A stretch of 64,000 bases of DNA from Eledone cirrhosa (Eukaryota): NCBI GenBank assembly GCA_964016885.1, contig OZ024743.1:83948001-84012000 (forward strand), written 5' to 3'. A program made the position numbers and the translations under genes. The notes under the pieces were generated by a model. The model saw only the letters and a program-made list of their open reading frames with translations, was not told the origin of the DNA and made no database searches. Shown piece by piece: positions 48,766 through 64,000 of this stretch. Within the stretch, counting starts at the first letter, position 1, and every line of letters begins with the position of its first letter.

Positions 48766-48983
48766 GTTGTTTTTTTTTTGTTTAAAATAAATATTGGGTA
48801 CAAAACCCCAATAAGCAGTTATTTAACCCCGAAGGGCCAAATAACGGTCAGAAAGACCCCTCTCACGAGGAGGAGGGTGTTTTTGTCTACAAGTTGGTCC
48901 AAGTTTTAAACAATTTACAATTGTTATAGCGTTCAAAATTTACAGTACCTTACAGAGCCGAGCCTCCGTCAACCATAGCATTC

Positions 48984-49050
<67 letters not shown>

Positions 49051-49052
<2 letters not shown>

Positions 49053-50226
49053 TGGATTATCTACATATTGGATTATCTACATATCTACAATTGGATTATC
49101 TACATATCTAAGGGAATCACATGATTGGATGATCAAACTCGTTTTGAAACACGAAAGCATCAAAAGATCATATTCCATTACAAAAGATGCACAAAGATAC
49201 AGTAATGGACTACAAATTTCAGAAGTCCCATTTACTGCTGAAATGGAAAACACAGAAAAAGCAAAGCAGGTAAAAGTAACTGCAAAGAAAGAACTGCTAC
49301 AGAAACTGGCTAAGAAATGGCAAGAAAAGCCTCTGTATGGAAAATACCCAGAGCGAGCTAACAATCCTGATGTTGACAAAACTTTAACCCATCAGTGGTT
49401 GGCATCCTCTGGACTGAAATCGGAGACTGAAGGACTGATTATATCGGCACAAGATCAGTGTCTGCCAACAAAAAATTACCAAGCCAACATAATAAAAAAT
49501 GGGTACAGCCCATTATGCCGAGTATGCAAAAAACAACCAGAGACCATTGACCATATAATTTCAATGTGCAGTCCTATAGCTCCAACCGAATACCTAAACA
49601 GGCATGACAGAGCTGCACAATACATACATTGGATAATGTGTAAGCATTTTGACCTGCCCCATCAAAAGAATTGGTGGGAGCATCAACCACCTCCCATACT
49701 TGAAAAAGATCACATCTCAATCTTGTGGAACTTTAGCATCCAAACAGACCGAAAAATAGATGCAAACAGACCTGATATAATATTGAAAGACTTTCAAAAG
49801 ATGGTATGCCTGCTAATTGATATGTCTGTTCCAATAGACAAGAATGTATCTATAAAAACATTTGAAAAATTGAGCAAGTATAAGGACCTGGAGATAGAAA
49901 TTGGAAAAATGTGGAAATTGAGAACTAAAACAATACCAGTGGTTGTAGGCGCTCTGGGAATGATACCTAAGGGGTCTAATGATTACTTATCGCAAATCCC
50001 AGGAAACCCGCGTATAGGAGAAATACAAAAGATAGTACTAATGGGAACTGCCCATATACTAAGGAAGATTCTGTCAATATAAGTACATCACAAGTCTAAA
50101 CACTAAAGATGCATGTGTGAATATGTATGTTCTTTCTTGAACATGGCGGACCTTGTTGTCTCTTGAGGTCACTGGTTGTGACTTGGTGATAACTCGTATG
50201 AACATAAAGCAAGATAAATGCAACTG
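49051..50226 (+). mobile_element. R4/Dong-like family B, 5'-truncated fragment (knuckle + RLE + 3'UTR)
   Basis: ORF 49129..50082: AQDQCL, CRVCKKQPETIDHIISMC, RHD, RPDII...DMSVP...KLSKY, GALG; (AAT)n on both sides. Confidence 0.92.
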
Positions 50227-50467
50227 TAATAATAATAATAATAAATAAATAAAAAATAAAAATAAATAAATATATATATATATATACACACACATACATA
50301 TATATATATACACATATATATACACACACACATATACATTAATAACAATAATAATAATAATAATAACAACAACAATAATAATAACGACAACAACAACAAT
50401 AATAATATACATATACATATATACACACACACGCACACAAATAAACATATCTATATACACACACACG

Positions 50468-53158
50468 ATACCAACTAACAGCGCTGCGATCAAATGTGGC
50501 TTTTTAGCCCAGCCAATGATCTAAAATGTCTTGCACAGAGTCGGCAACCAAAACATTCACTGAGAATAGCCGGCTGTGGTTGGAGTTCATGTACTTTTGC
50601 ATGTCGCTTGAGCCCTCCTGCTGATTTACATTCTCTACCACATGCTTGGCAAGCATGATGTGTAGCATCTCCAACAGCAGCCTGGTAGTCAACCACTGGT
50701 CTTACTTTATGACTGCGAAGATGACTTTCGAGTCCAGCTTTGCTTAGGCAGAGTCTCGCACAGATGCTGCATGTCAGCACCATAGGAGGACCCTTGCCGT
50801 CTGGAAGTGCAACAGCAATTCCCCTCCTCACATCCCGCTTTACTTTCTCGTATGCGATTCGAGATGCCTCAAAGGCAACTTTTCCCTCATATACAGTCTT
50901 TCTCCATTTATTACGATCAGCAGCAATATTTTCCCATATATCAGCAGAGATGTTAGCATCTTTCAAAGAGGCTTTCAAGGAATCCTTATACCTCTTTTGG
51001 GGTTTATGTGGCGGTCGTTTTCCTTTAACCAACTCTCCATAAGAGTTGTTTTGGTATTCTAGAATCCTTCATCCTGGCAAGGTGACCACTCCAACGGAGT
51101 CGTTGCACAAGAGCTTCTATACTGTCACACATAGAGCTTTCCAAAATCTCGACATCACTGATGTGGTCCCTCCAATGAACGCCATGGATCCGTCTGAGAC
51201 ACATCTGATGGAAACGCTCCAATTGCTTAAGGTGGTGTCGATATGTGACCCAGGTCTCGCAGGCATAAAGAAGACAAGAGAGCACACATGCCTTGTACAC
51301 CTTTACCTTTGTCCTCCTGCATATGTCTCGCCGACCCCAGAGTCGCCTTTCTAGCTTTCCGAAAGCATCACTTGCTTTCCTAATCCTAAGTGAGATTTCA
51401 CTGTCAAGGTTGCTGTATCGATTGACAGTGCTTCCCAGGTAGACAAACTGATCAACCACTCCAAGTCGTTTACCATACACATAGATATTTCGTTCAGTGT
51501 ACTGCTTACCAGGAGCAGGTTGGTACATGATGACGGTTTTCTTGAGACTGACAGTCAATCCTAGGGCAGTGCAAGCGTCAGAAAATGCATTCAAAATGTG
51601 CTGCATATCACTCTCTGTGTGCGCTACAAGATCACAATCATCTGCATACAAGAGGTCTCTTATGATTGATTTAAATACTTTTGTCTTTGCAGCAAAGCGC
51701 CTGATGTTAAATATGCTGCCTGAGGTTCGATATTGGATGTAAACACCATGCTCGCAATTCCTGAATGCAATACAGAAAACCATTGCAAAGTATATGGCAA
51801 ACAGGGTCGGTGCTGGAATATCCCCCTGTTTCACTCCCTTTTTTACTGAGATAGGCTCCGACATGTTACCTCCGACATTAACCCAAGCCTTCATGTCGTC
51901 ATGGAAAGACCTAACTAAAGCAAGGAACTTATCAGGGCAACCAAGTTTCTGGAGAACCTTCCATAATGCATCTCTGTTAACAGTATCGAAAGCTTTTGTC
52001 AGATCGACAAAAATCTGATACAGATCCAAGCCTTGTTCCATGCACTTCTCCTGGAGCTGTGTAGCTGAGAAGATCATATCAGTAGTGCCGCGTCCAGCAC
52101 GAAAACCAGATTGACTTTCAGGAAGAACACAATCTGCAATGTGTGTCAGCGGACGGTCCAGAAGCACCCTACATAAAACTTTCCCTACGACAGACAGCAA
52201 TGATATACCTCTGTAGTTCCCACAATCATTCCTGTTACCCTTTCCCTTGTACAAGACCACCATTACTGCATCTCTCCAGTCCTCAGGTACGGATTCATTA
52301 GCCCATATCCTGCCAAACAAAGAATGAAGATGTTGCAGGAGGCTCTCACCACCATATTGTAGGAGCTCAGCATGTATGCCATCCATACCTGGAGATCTTC
52401 CACTGTTCAGCTTCGAAATAGCCACTGCAACCTCCACAAGCGTCGGAGATTCTGCGAGAGCTACTTTCACAGGACTTTCCGGAATGAGATTGAGGAAATC
52501 TTCACTGACGACAGACGGCTGATTCAAAAGATCATCAAAGTGCTCTCGCCACCTTCGTAGAATTCCCTGTGAGTCACGAAGAAGTTCTTTGCCATCCTTG
52601 CTGCGAATCGGTGTCACCAGAGAAGAAGACGGTCCATAAACGTCACGCAAGAGACTGTACAACAGCTTTATGTTATTGGAATCTGACGCAGTTTGTATCT
52701 CACCAGCCTTCTCACTCCACCACTGATCCTTCATCTGAGAAAGACTCCGCCTAACACGTGATTTTACATCCTTGAGTTCCTAATGCAACGTATTCCTCTC
52801 CTGTGGTTTTGCCGTCAAGTAGCGTGACAGAGTACGCCCCTTATCAGCCAACAAGTCCTCTATATGTACATCATTCTCATTAAACCAGTCCTACATCATA
52901 AACCGACTTTTTAAGAGTTGGCCAATCCTCACCAAGATCTGCAGCCTGCATCTCTTCTTCCAATGTCCTTTTCACATTTTTATCCTTAAGACGAGCATCA
53001 TTCAATCTTTTGGGCAGGGCAACACCAGGAGCCCGGATTTTACGTTTAGTGATTAGTTTCACTTTTGCGCGTACCAGGCGGTGGTCCGTCCAGCACTCAG
53101 CTCCACGAAGAGCACGAACACACTGCACATCCTGTCTGTCACGCATCCTGACTAGGAA
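50468..53158 (-). mobile_element. 5'-truncated RTE-clade (BovB-like) LINE with C-terminal C2H2 zinc fingers
   Basis: 52880..53188 (RGAECWTDHRLV, APE end); 51025..52734 (NYRGISLLS, QSGFR, FVDLTKAFD, QGDI, YADD, FVYLGS, LYACETW); 50490..51032 (zinc fingers). Confidence 0.92.
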
Positions 53159-53159
53159 T

Positions 53160-56100
53160 AAGTGGGCGAAGACGAAAAGACAGAGCATACAACACCAGAA
53201 TCAGTAAAGAACCCACTAAATTGGAATTGGAAGCGGTGAACGAAATAGCTGGCAATTATCTGAAGGCTATACGATCTAAAGGTGTAGAAACGACATTTGA
53301 AACGCTTAATATTTTGTTATATGTTTCAGCTGTCACATTGCTATCATATAACACACATCTAAAACCACGCAATCAAGGTACAAACAAAAAGCCTGAACCA
53401 GCGTGGATGCGAAATTTAAAAAGCAAAATTTTGTCCCTGAGACGAAGTATCTCACACATTGCAGTCGTTATGAAATGCAACATAGAGAGCAACTTCACAC
53501 GACACCAGGAAGACGTTAAAAAAAGTTAGAGAGACGATTTGGAGATACAAAATTTAAAACTTTGAACTCCAAATTACACCAGTTGAAACAATAACTCACA
53601 GCTACAACAGAAAGACTAAAATATAAGTCAACAGCACATAAACAAGTGCTAAATAGATTGTTTGCCAAAGATCCTAAATCAGTTTATCGCAGCTTCGGTG
53701 GCAAAAGCTCAATCCCTGTAAATATCACCCCTTCAAAAGAACAGGTTGAGAGCTACTGGAGATCTATATGGGAAACGGATGACGGATTCAACAGACAAAC
53801 TAATTGGCTAAAAGAACTGGAACAGGACTACTGCCAACATGTCCAGACAAAACAATGATATAGATGGGTCAATACTGGAAACAGCTCTACAGAGAATGTC
53901 GAATAGGAAATCGCCAGGCCCAACCTCATTACAGGATACTGGTTGAAGAATTTCACTTTCTATCGGCAAGATCTCATACGGCTGTTTACAGAAACCATTA
54001 AAGGCACACAAGAACTGCCCAGATGGTTATCAACTGCCACTACTCTCCCCATTCCCAAAAATAGCCAAACCACCCTTGCTAAAAATTACCGCCCAATAGC
54101 CTGCCAAAACATCATGTATAAATTATATACTGGGTGCCTTAACCTGTTCTTACAGGATCACTGTGCTACCAACAACATCATAACACCTGAGCAAGCTGGT
54201 GGAAAGAGGGAGGTGTGGGGTTGCATAAATCACCTACTAACTAATAAAATGATTCAGGAAAAAACAACAAAGAATCGCAGAAACATGACTGTGGTGTGGC
54301 TGGACTATCAAAAAGCATTTGATAGTATACCTCATGGGTGGATTATTAAGGCTTTACAGTTAGCCAAAGTCCCACAACCATTGGTAGCTGCTGTTGAACG
54401 CCTGACCAAGAACTGGTACACCAATTTGATCCTTAGAGGTGAGAAGGAGCAAGTTAAGACTGATAAGATACATTACCAGAAGGGCATCTTTCAGGGTGAT
54501 AGCTTGTCAGTGCTACTCTTCGTTCTCTCACTAAATCCACTATCTTACCTACTCAGGAAACAAGGTGGACAAAGAAGTATCTCCCATCTTTTCTTTGTTG
54601 ATGACCTAAAGTTGTATGGGCCAAATATCAATGACATCAAGAAACAATTGGACCTCATTACACAATTTTCAACAGACATCAAAATGAAATTTGGTGAGTC
54701 CAAGTGTGCATATTTGGCAGTAAAACGTGGAAGAGCTGTGCCCTCTCTAGAAACCTAGAGATGAACGGCCTGACAATACAGCCTCTACAGTCAGGTGACA
54801 ACTACAGATATCTTGGACAGGATGAGAATGTCAGATATGATGGACCCATAAATAAAGAGAGAACCGGAACTGAATACCTCACAAGAGTAAAGAAAATATG
54901 GTCATCAGAACTGTCAGCGTACACAAATACATTGCCCACAATACTTATGCTGTGCCAATTCTAACGCCAACATTTGGCCTGCTGAACTGGTCATTGCAAG
55001 AACTAACTAAATGAGATGAATGTTAGAACTCACAAACTTCTCAGTGTTACTGGGAACTTTAACATCAATGGTGATGTGGATAGGCTATACTTCTCACGCA
55101 AGGATGGTGGCGGGGGTCTAAAATCCATATTAACAACATATGAGACCCGGATAGTAACACTGAAGCAACACCTTCAACAGAGGAAAAAGGTTGGCAACCA
55201 TCTTGCCCAGGTTTATGAGCATGAAAAAAAAAATATCATTAGAATAGCGACTGATCTGGAGGACAGATATGGAATAAAGCCTGATATAAATCTCTCACCC
55301 AGAGAAATCGGAAGATCCTATTCAATGTTCAAACAAGATGAAAAAATTGACCAATTTACAGAAAAAGTTGTGCGTGGATACTTGAGACGTAAAACACAGA
55401 CCATAGAGGGGATAAACCACTCAAAAAACCTGGCATGGAGTTCCGACAAGTTTATGACATCACACCTTGAAGGATATCTCTATGCAATACAGGAACAAGA
55501 ACTCCCTACCAAATATCTGCTGCACAAAAGGGGAGGGCCAGCAGCTAACAATAAATGTAGGCTATGTAAAACAAAGATCGAGGATGTAAGCCACATTGTT
55601 GCCAGCTGCGAAAGAATGTCATCTCGCTTCTACCTCCCCATGAGACACGATGGGATAGCTAGAACCATCTGGAACGCACTTCGGAAAACAAAATTAACAA
55701 CAAACGAGGAAGAATATATTGAGACAGATGGCATTAAGGAATAGTGGTGGAACCTGAAAATAAAAACTGCCACCAAATTAAAGCACAACCGGCCTGATAT
55801 TGTTGTTTGGGACCACACATTGAAAACGTGTTCTGTTGTGGAGATCAGCTGCCCACTTGATGTAAACGTTGTCAGAAAAATACAGGAGAAGGAGGACATC
55901 TACGGACCATTGATGAGGAGTTTACAAATCCAGTATCCAAGATACACGTTTAGCTTCATACCCATCATTATTGGAGCTACGGGTTATATACCAACCCGCT
56001 TGAACCAAAGTATGACTGAACTTGGATTTGCGGACAAAAAGCGCAGCTCCCTAATTCATAGTCTACAAATGGCTGCGATAGCTGGCATCTTCAAAATTTG

Positions 56101-56210
56101 CAAAACATTCTTGCGATTCAAGGGATGACAATTTCTTTTCTTTTACAACCTTGCCACCAGGAAGGTGGCCGGTCAAAAAAAATATACTCGAAATTAAGAG
56201 AAAGAGATAA
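53160..56210 (+). mobile_element. R4/Dong-like family C, 5'-truncated and decayed, with (TACA)n tail
   Basis: EPAW, NYRPIACQN, LDYQKAFD, QGDSLSVLLF, FVDD, YRYLG, AIQEQ, CRLCKTKIEDVSHIVASC, RHD, RPDIV...EISCP; stop at 56128; (TACA)n follows. Confidence 0.9.
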
Positions 56211-56302
56211 TACATACATACATACATACATACATAAATACATACATACATACATACATACATACATACATACATACATACATACATACATACATACATA
56301 CA
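56210..56302. repeat. (TACA)n microsatellite (second tract at 56906-56957)
   Basis: Direct observation. Confidence 0.95.
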
Positions 56303-56905
56303 TGGTGGCTGCCAACTCGTTTTCGAGTACGGCCACTACTTTATATCCATGTAGGAGAACCCCTACCGATGCGCTGAACGAGTGTGACTTTTTAGTCCAG
56401 CCAGCGACTTGAAAACTCTGGTACAAACACTACACTTTTGACAATTATTGACACATAGTGCTGGGCCCATGGTACCATGTGACGACAAGTGCAGAGAGAT
56501 CTCCAGATATAAAGCAATGCCTGTGCCGTGAAGCTTTTATAGTGAGCAAAGGCACTGCACAAAGCCAGTCCCACTCTCTTGACCAAGATGATATTTACCA
56601 AAAAGAAGAACAAGTCAACATCATTGGATACCATCAGAGTTGCAGGTGTTATATCAGAGTTTTCCTTCTCCTAGAATTCTGCCTTGACGAAGGCTAAGGG
56701 GTCATCTCTCCCGGTGATTTTGGATGGCCATTGACCTTATGAGCTCCTTTGCCCTTTGACAGGTTTTGTTTTTAGTCCTGCAGGATGTGCAAAGTCACCC
56801 TCCTCACCAAGAAACCTTGGTAGGGTTGCCAGTTTAGTCACCAACGACCCGACCATGAGACAGGTTGTACTGGGATACATGTTACCAATAGCACCAACTG
56901 GTGCC
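56303..56905 (-). mobile_element. ~600-bp non-coding element, probably an RTE-derived non-autonomous retroposon, inside (TACA)n
   Basis: Sharp boundaries against the same microsatellite on both sides; minus strand has CTAGGAGAAGGAAAACTCTGA, which I recall from RTE 5'UTRs; no RT ORF. Confidence 0.5.
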
Positions 56906-56926
56906 ATACATACATACATACATACA

Positions 56927-56958
<32 letters not shown>

Positions 56959-57169
56959 GACAGACAGAGAGATAGAGAGACAGGGATGTGTGTAGATTAT
57001 GTACTAACTACATATGTAAAACTGTTGTCTCCCGTAGCTTGTTATCACACAACAAATGTCAGTTTGTCCAACACAAACATTCCTTACTAAATCACTAAAT
57101 TTTATATCTTGATGAGATTCCAACATTTCAATCTTTTTTTAACGAAAAATATTCTATATTTATTTAACA

Positions 57170-58140
57170 CCAGGATGGTGGGGATAATGGATGGTGGTGT
57201 GCGGGTAGGTGGCAGTTGGGGTGATAGTGGCGGCGTCGGTGACGGTGGTGGTGGTTGTACTCGTGATGGTGGAGGTGGGGGCATTGGTGGTGGTTGAAGT
57301 TGTGTTGGAGGTGGTAGTGGTATAGAGGCGGTGGTGTTGGTGGTGTTGGTGGTGGTAGTGGGGTGAAGGGGATGGTAGTGGTTGTAGTGGTGGTGCTGAT
57401 GGTGCTGGTATGTGGTGGTGGTGCTGGTTGAAGTACTGGTGGTAGTGGTGGTGATGTGGGGTAGGAGTAATGGTGGGGGCAATGGTGGCGGTAGCAGTGG
57501 TATTGGTGGTGGGGGCGGCGGCGGTGGCGGTGGTCGTTGTAGTGGTAGTAGTAAAGGTGGGGTAGTGGTGGTGGTGCTGGTTGTGGTTGTAGTGGAGGTT
57601 GTAGTGGTGTAGAAGTGGTGGTGGCGGGGTGGGGAGCTAGTGTTTGGTGGCGGTGGCTTGGTACTGGGGTATGTATGGTGTGGGGGGTTGTAGATGCTCT
57701 TGTTGTTGAAGTTGTTGTGGCCGTGGTTGTAATCGTTGTTGGCTGTTGTGTTGAGGTTGTAGTTGTTGTATTGGTGGTGGCAGTGGTGGTGGTGGTTGTA
57801 GTTGTTATTGTAATTGTTGTTGTATATGTTGTTGCTGTTGTGGTGGTGGGGTGGTGAGGAGTGGGGTTGAGAGGAGTTAGTGGGGAAAGGTGGGAAGGTG
57901 GGAGAAGAAATGGAAGAATAAAATGAAGGGGATGCAGAGGAGGAAGGAAACTAGGGGAGGTAAGAGGGGTAAGAGGAAGAGTGGGGTGAGGGGGCTTTTG
58001 AGGTAGAGAGGGGGAAGAAGGGGAGAAGAGAAGAAAGGGCAGGAAATAGAGGAAGAGGAGAAGAAGGAAGAAAAGGAGAAAGATGATGAGAGCAATAAAA
58101 TTATAGGGGATTAAACTAAAAGAAAGAGGGGGATTGAGGT
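57170..58140. repeat. (GGT)/(GTT)-rich then purine-rich low-complexity region
   Basis: Composition; ORFs here are low-complexity artefacts. Confidence 0.85.
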
Positions 58141-58199
58141 TGGTTTTCATTTTAATATCCTATACTTTCTTTCTAATCTGCTATACTTTTATACCGTCA

Positions 58200-58615
58200 A
58201 TATCATTCTAATCTCTACAGATTTACTCTCAGGCCCTGTAGTTTTGTTATAAGGCCCTACATTTTGAGTCCCTGTGGCTTCATTGTAAGCCCCTTTACCT
58301 TCGTTATACTTTTATTTCTAGCCCCTATAGTTTCAACCGAAGACCCTATACATTCATTCTCAACCCTAATAGTTACAATATAATCCCCTTTGCTTTTCTG
58401 TTCAGCCACTCTAGTTTCACCCTTAGACCTTATAGTTTCATCCTAAGACTCTATAGGTTCATTCTCAGCCCCTGTAGTTTTCGTTATAATCCCCTACATT
58501 TTTATTGCATGTTCTTATAGTTTCACACTAAACCTCTATAGTTTCATCTTAAGCCCATATAGATTAATTCTCAGGCGATAACATTTCATTCTGAGTCCCA
58601 TAGTTATATTCTGAA
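58200..58615. repeat. Degenerate ~22-bp tandem repeat (CCCTATAGTTTCATTCTCAG-like)
   Basis: Recurring CCCTRTAGTTT / CTATAGTTTCA at ~22-bp spacing. Confidence 0.7.
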
Positions 58616-59172
58616 ACAAGTAATGGAGCTGCAATTGAGAGTAATACCAGTTGAATTATTTGAAGTAGTCCCTAAGCACTCAGTGATGCTAGAAATGAAT
58701 TGATTCCTCCGTCAGAATGAACACATTAAATTTTACGAGGGAAACACCATGAATAATATATAGATCGGGTGTATGCAGCCGTAGTATATAACAGCAACTT
58801 AAGGTCAATAGTCATGCAGTCTTGTATAACAGTTATCTGTGTATCTAGGATTTACGTCTTAATCAGTTAGCAACTGCTACAGCTAAAACAGACGACCATA
58901 TTTGATTTATCGAATCCATATGAACAGGCGACAGTTTTAATGACGACCGATTGTTTCTGTTTAAACATTCAGGAAGTTAATGAAATCTGTGAAACAATTC
59001 ATAAATTATTCAATGATTTAGAATTGTTCAACGATTATATCTCGATATATGAACATATAAGCAGGAAGAAGTAATAGCCGTTGTTAATATTTCAACTGTT
59101 AAATGGCCATGTCAATAGTAAATAAGAGAGAGAGGGGGGACAGAAAGACATACACAAAGAAAAAGAGAGAGT

Positions 59173-62810
<3,638 letters not shown>

Positions 62811-62899
62811 ACTGTATCCACAATAACTGGCAATGAAAAAACTGTGGGAAACTAAATCAGAACAACCTGCTCTCTCCTGCACATCATCATAGACTGAAA

Positions 62900-64000
62900 T
62901 CAAGGTAAAAATTGCTGTCCTTAAATGCACGTAGTCTATGCAACAAGATACATCTTTTTGATTCCTATGTCAAAAGTATCGACCCTGACTTCATTACAGT
63001 CTCAAAAACATGGGCACATTCCTTACTCTGTGATGGGGTTTTCAGCATAGCTGGCTACAACTTGTTTCATAAAGATGGCATTATTCGTCGTCGTTGTGGT
63101 GTAATGGTTCGTTCAAAATTTTCAGCAATTCCTTGCGTTGATTTGAACCAAGGAATTGCTGAAAATTTTGTTGGCCGCAAAGTGCAGATGATTTCCTTGA
63201 GCTAGTGCTGGACTCTATCCGGCCCTTGCAATTTGGATTTATCCATAACTCCAGCTGCTGTGATCAACTTATCCAGTTCCTTGAACACATTACCCGGATT
63301 ACTGACAGCGGCTCATGGGTGGATGTTGTTTACCTTGACTTTGCTAAAGCTTTTAATTCTGTGCCACACAAAAGACTTATGGCGAAACTCTCTGCAATGG
63401 GTGTGAAGGATGATCTTTTTAACTGGTTGAAGTCCTTCATTCTCAGTCGAAGAGAGGTAATCACGGTTCAGGACAGCATTCCTCACCATGTGAGATGTCA
63501 TCTGGTGTACCACAGGGATCTGTTCTTGGTCCCCTTTTGTTCGTGGCATATATTAATGATATAGATGCCAACTTAAAGAATGCCACAGTACTGAAATATG
63601 CAGATGACATCAAGCTGTACCTTGAGATAAAAAGGACAGATCCTGAACACTATAGATCTTTCCTGCAATCAAACCTGGACACAATGCAGCAATGGATCAT
63701 GGACTGGCAACTGAAGCTGGCTGTGGACAAGTGTACCACCATGCATTTTGGGAGGAAAAGCCCATTGTCCACATACTCCCTCCACAGCACTAATATCAAG
63801 AAGTCTTCATGTGAACGTGACCTGGGCATTACTGTCAGCAGCGATTTGCGGTGGACGAAACATGTCTCTAAAATTGTCAAGAAGGCCGAGGGTGTCTTAA
63901 CATCACTCAGCAAGACCTTTGTCAGCCGCTCTCCAGCTATCATTTAAAGCTGTATATAGCTATGGTGCGGCCCCACTTAGAATTTGCATCACCAATCTGG
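62900..64000 (+). mobile_element. CR1-like LINE fragment (APE N-terminus joined by deletion to RT), runs off the window
   Basis: LNARSLCNK...VSKTW; QFGF...SCCDQL; VDVVYLDFAKAFNSVPH; SGVPQGSVLGPLLF; YADD; ERDLG; VRPPLEFASPIW. Confidence 0.88.

Larger units (their letters stand above)
42952..48983 (-). mobile_element. Full-length Tx1-like LINE, copy 2 (disrupted)
   Basis: ORF2 and 3'UTR near-identical to copy 1; (AAT)n at 42871-42951 and 48984-49052. Confidence 0.94.

Noticed and set aside
25178-48790. Antisense ORFs recurring in several element copies (for example 26134..26583, 38235..38744)
   Set aside because: Shadows of the conserved sense ORFs; they recur only because the elements are repeated and have no recognisable motifs.
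23742-50243. Telomeric retrotransposon array
   Set aside because: No TTAGGG or TTAGG repeats, mixed orientation, and ordinary repeats on both sides; the array is interstitial.

Overview
Eukaryotic, gene-free, repeat-saturated window. The microsatellite spectrum and repeat families suggest an invertebrate, plausibly a cephalopod (inference only). No host gene, rRNA, bona fide tRNA or CRISPR array is supported. Left to right: a 6.7-kb 21-bp satellite; a microsatellite-rich zone with Penelope/retrozyme-like remnants, minimal hammerhead-ribozyme motifs and fold-back palindromes; a decayed RTE LINE; and a decayed Tx1-like LINE inside a (GATA)n tract. Next is a ~26.5-kb contiguous nest (23.7-50.2 kb) of seven non-LTR retrotransposons, each separated only by an (AAT)n tract. 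It holds four head-to-tail R4/Dong-like RLE elements on + (one with an intact 1130-aa ORF), two full-length Tx1-like APE elements on - (one with an intact 1139-aa ORF2; near-identical ORF2s but very different ORF1/5'UTRs) and a fragment of a second R4/Dong family. Then come an RTE with three C-terminal zinc fingers fused head-to-head to a third R4-like family, a short RTE-like non-autonomous element in (TACA)n, a decayed hAT transposon and a CR1-like fragment. All calls come from motif reading and by-eye alignment; no database searches were run.
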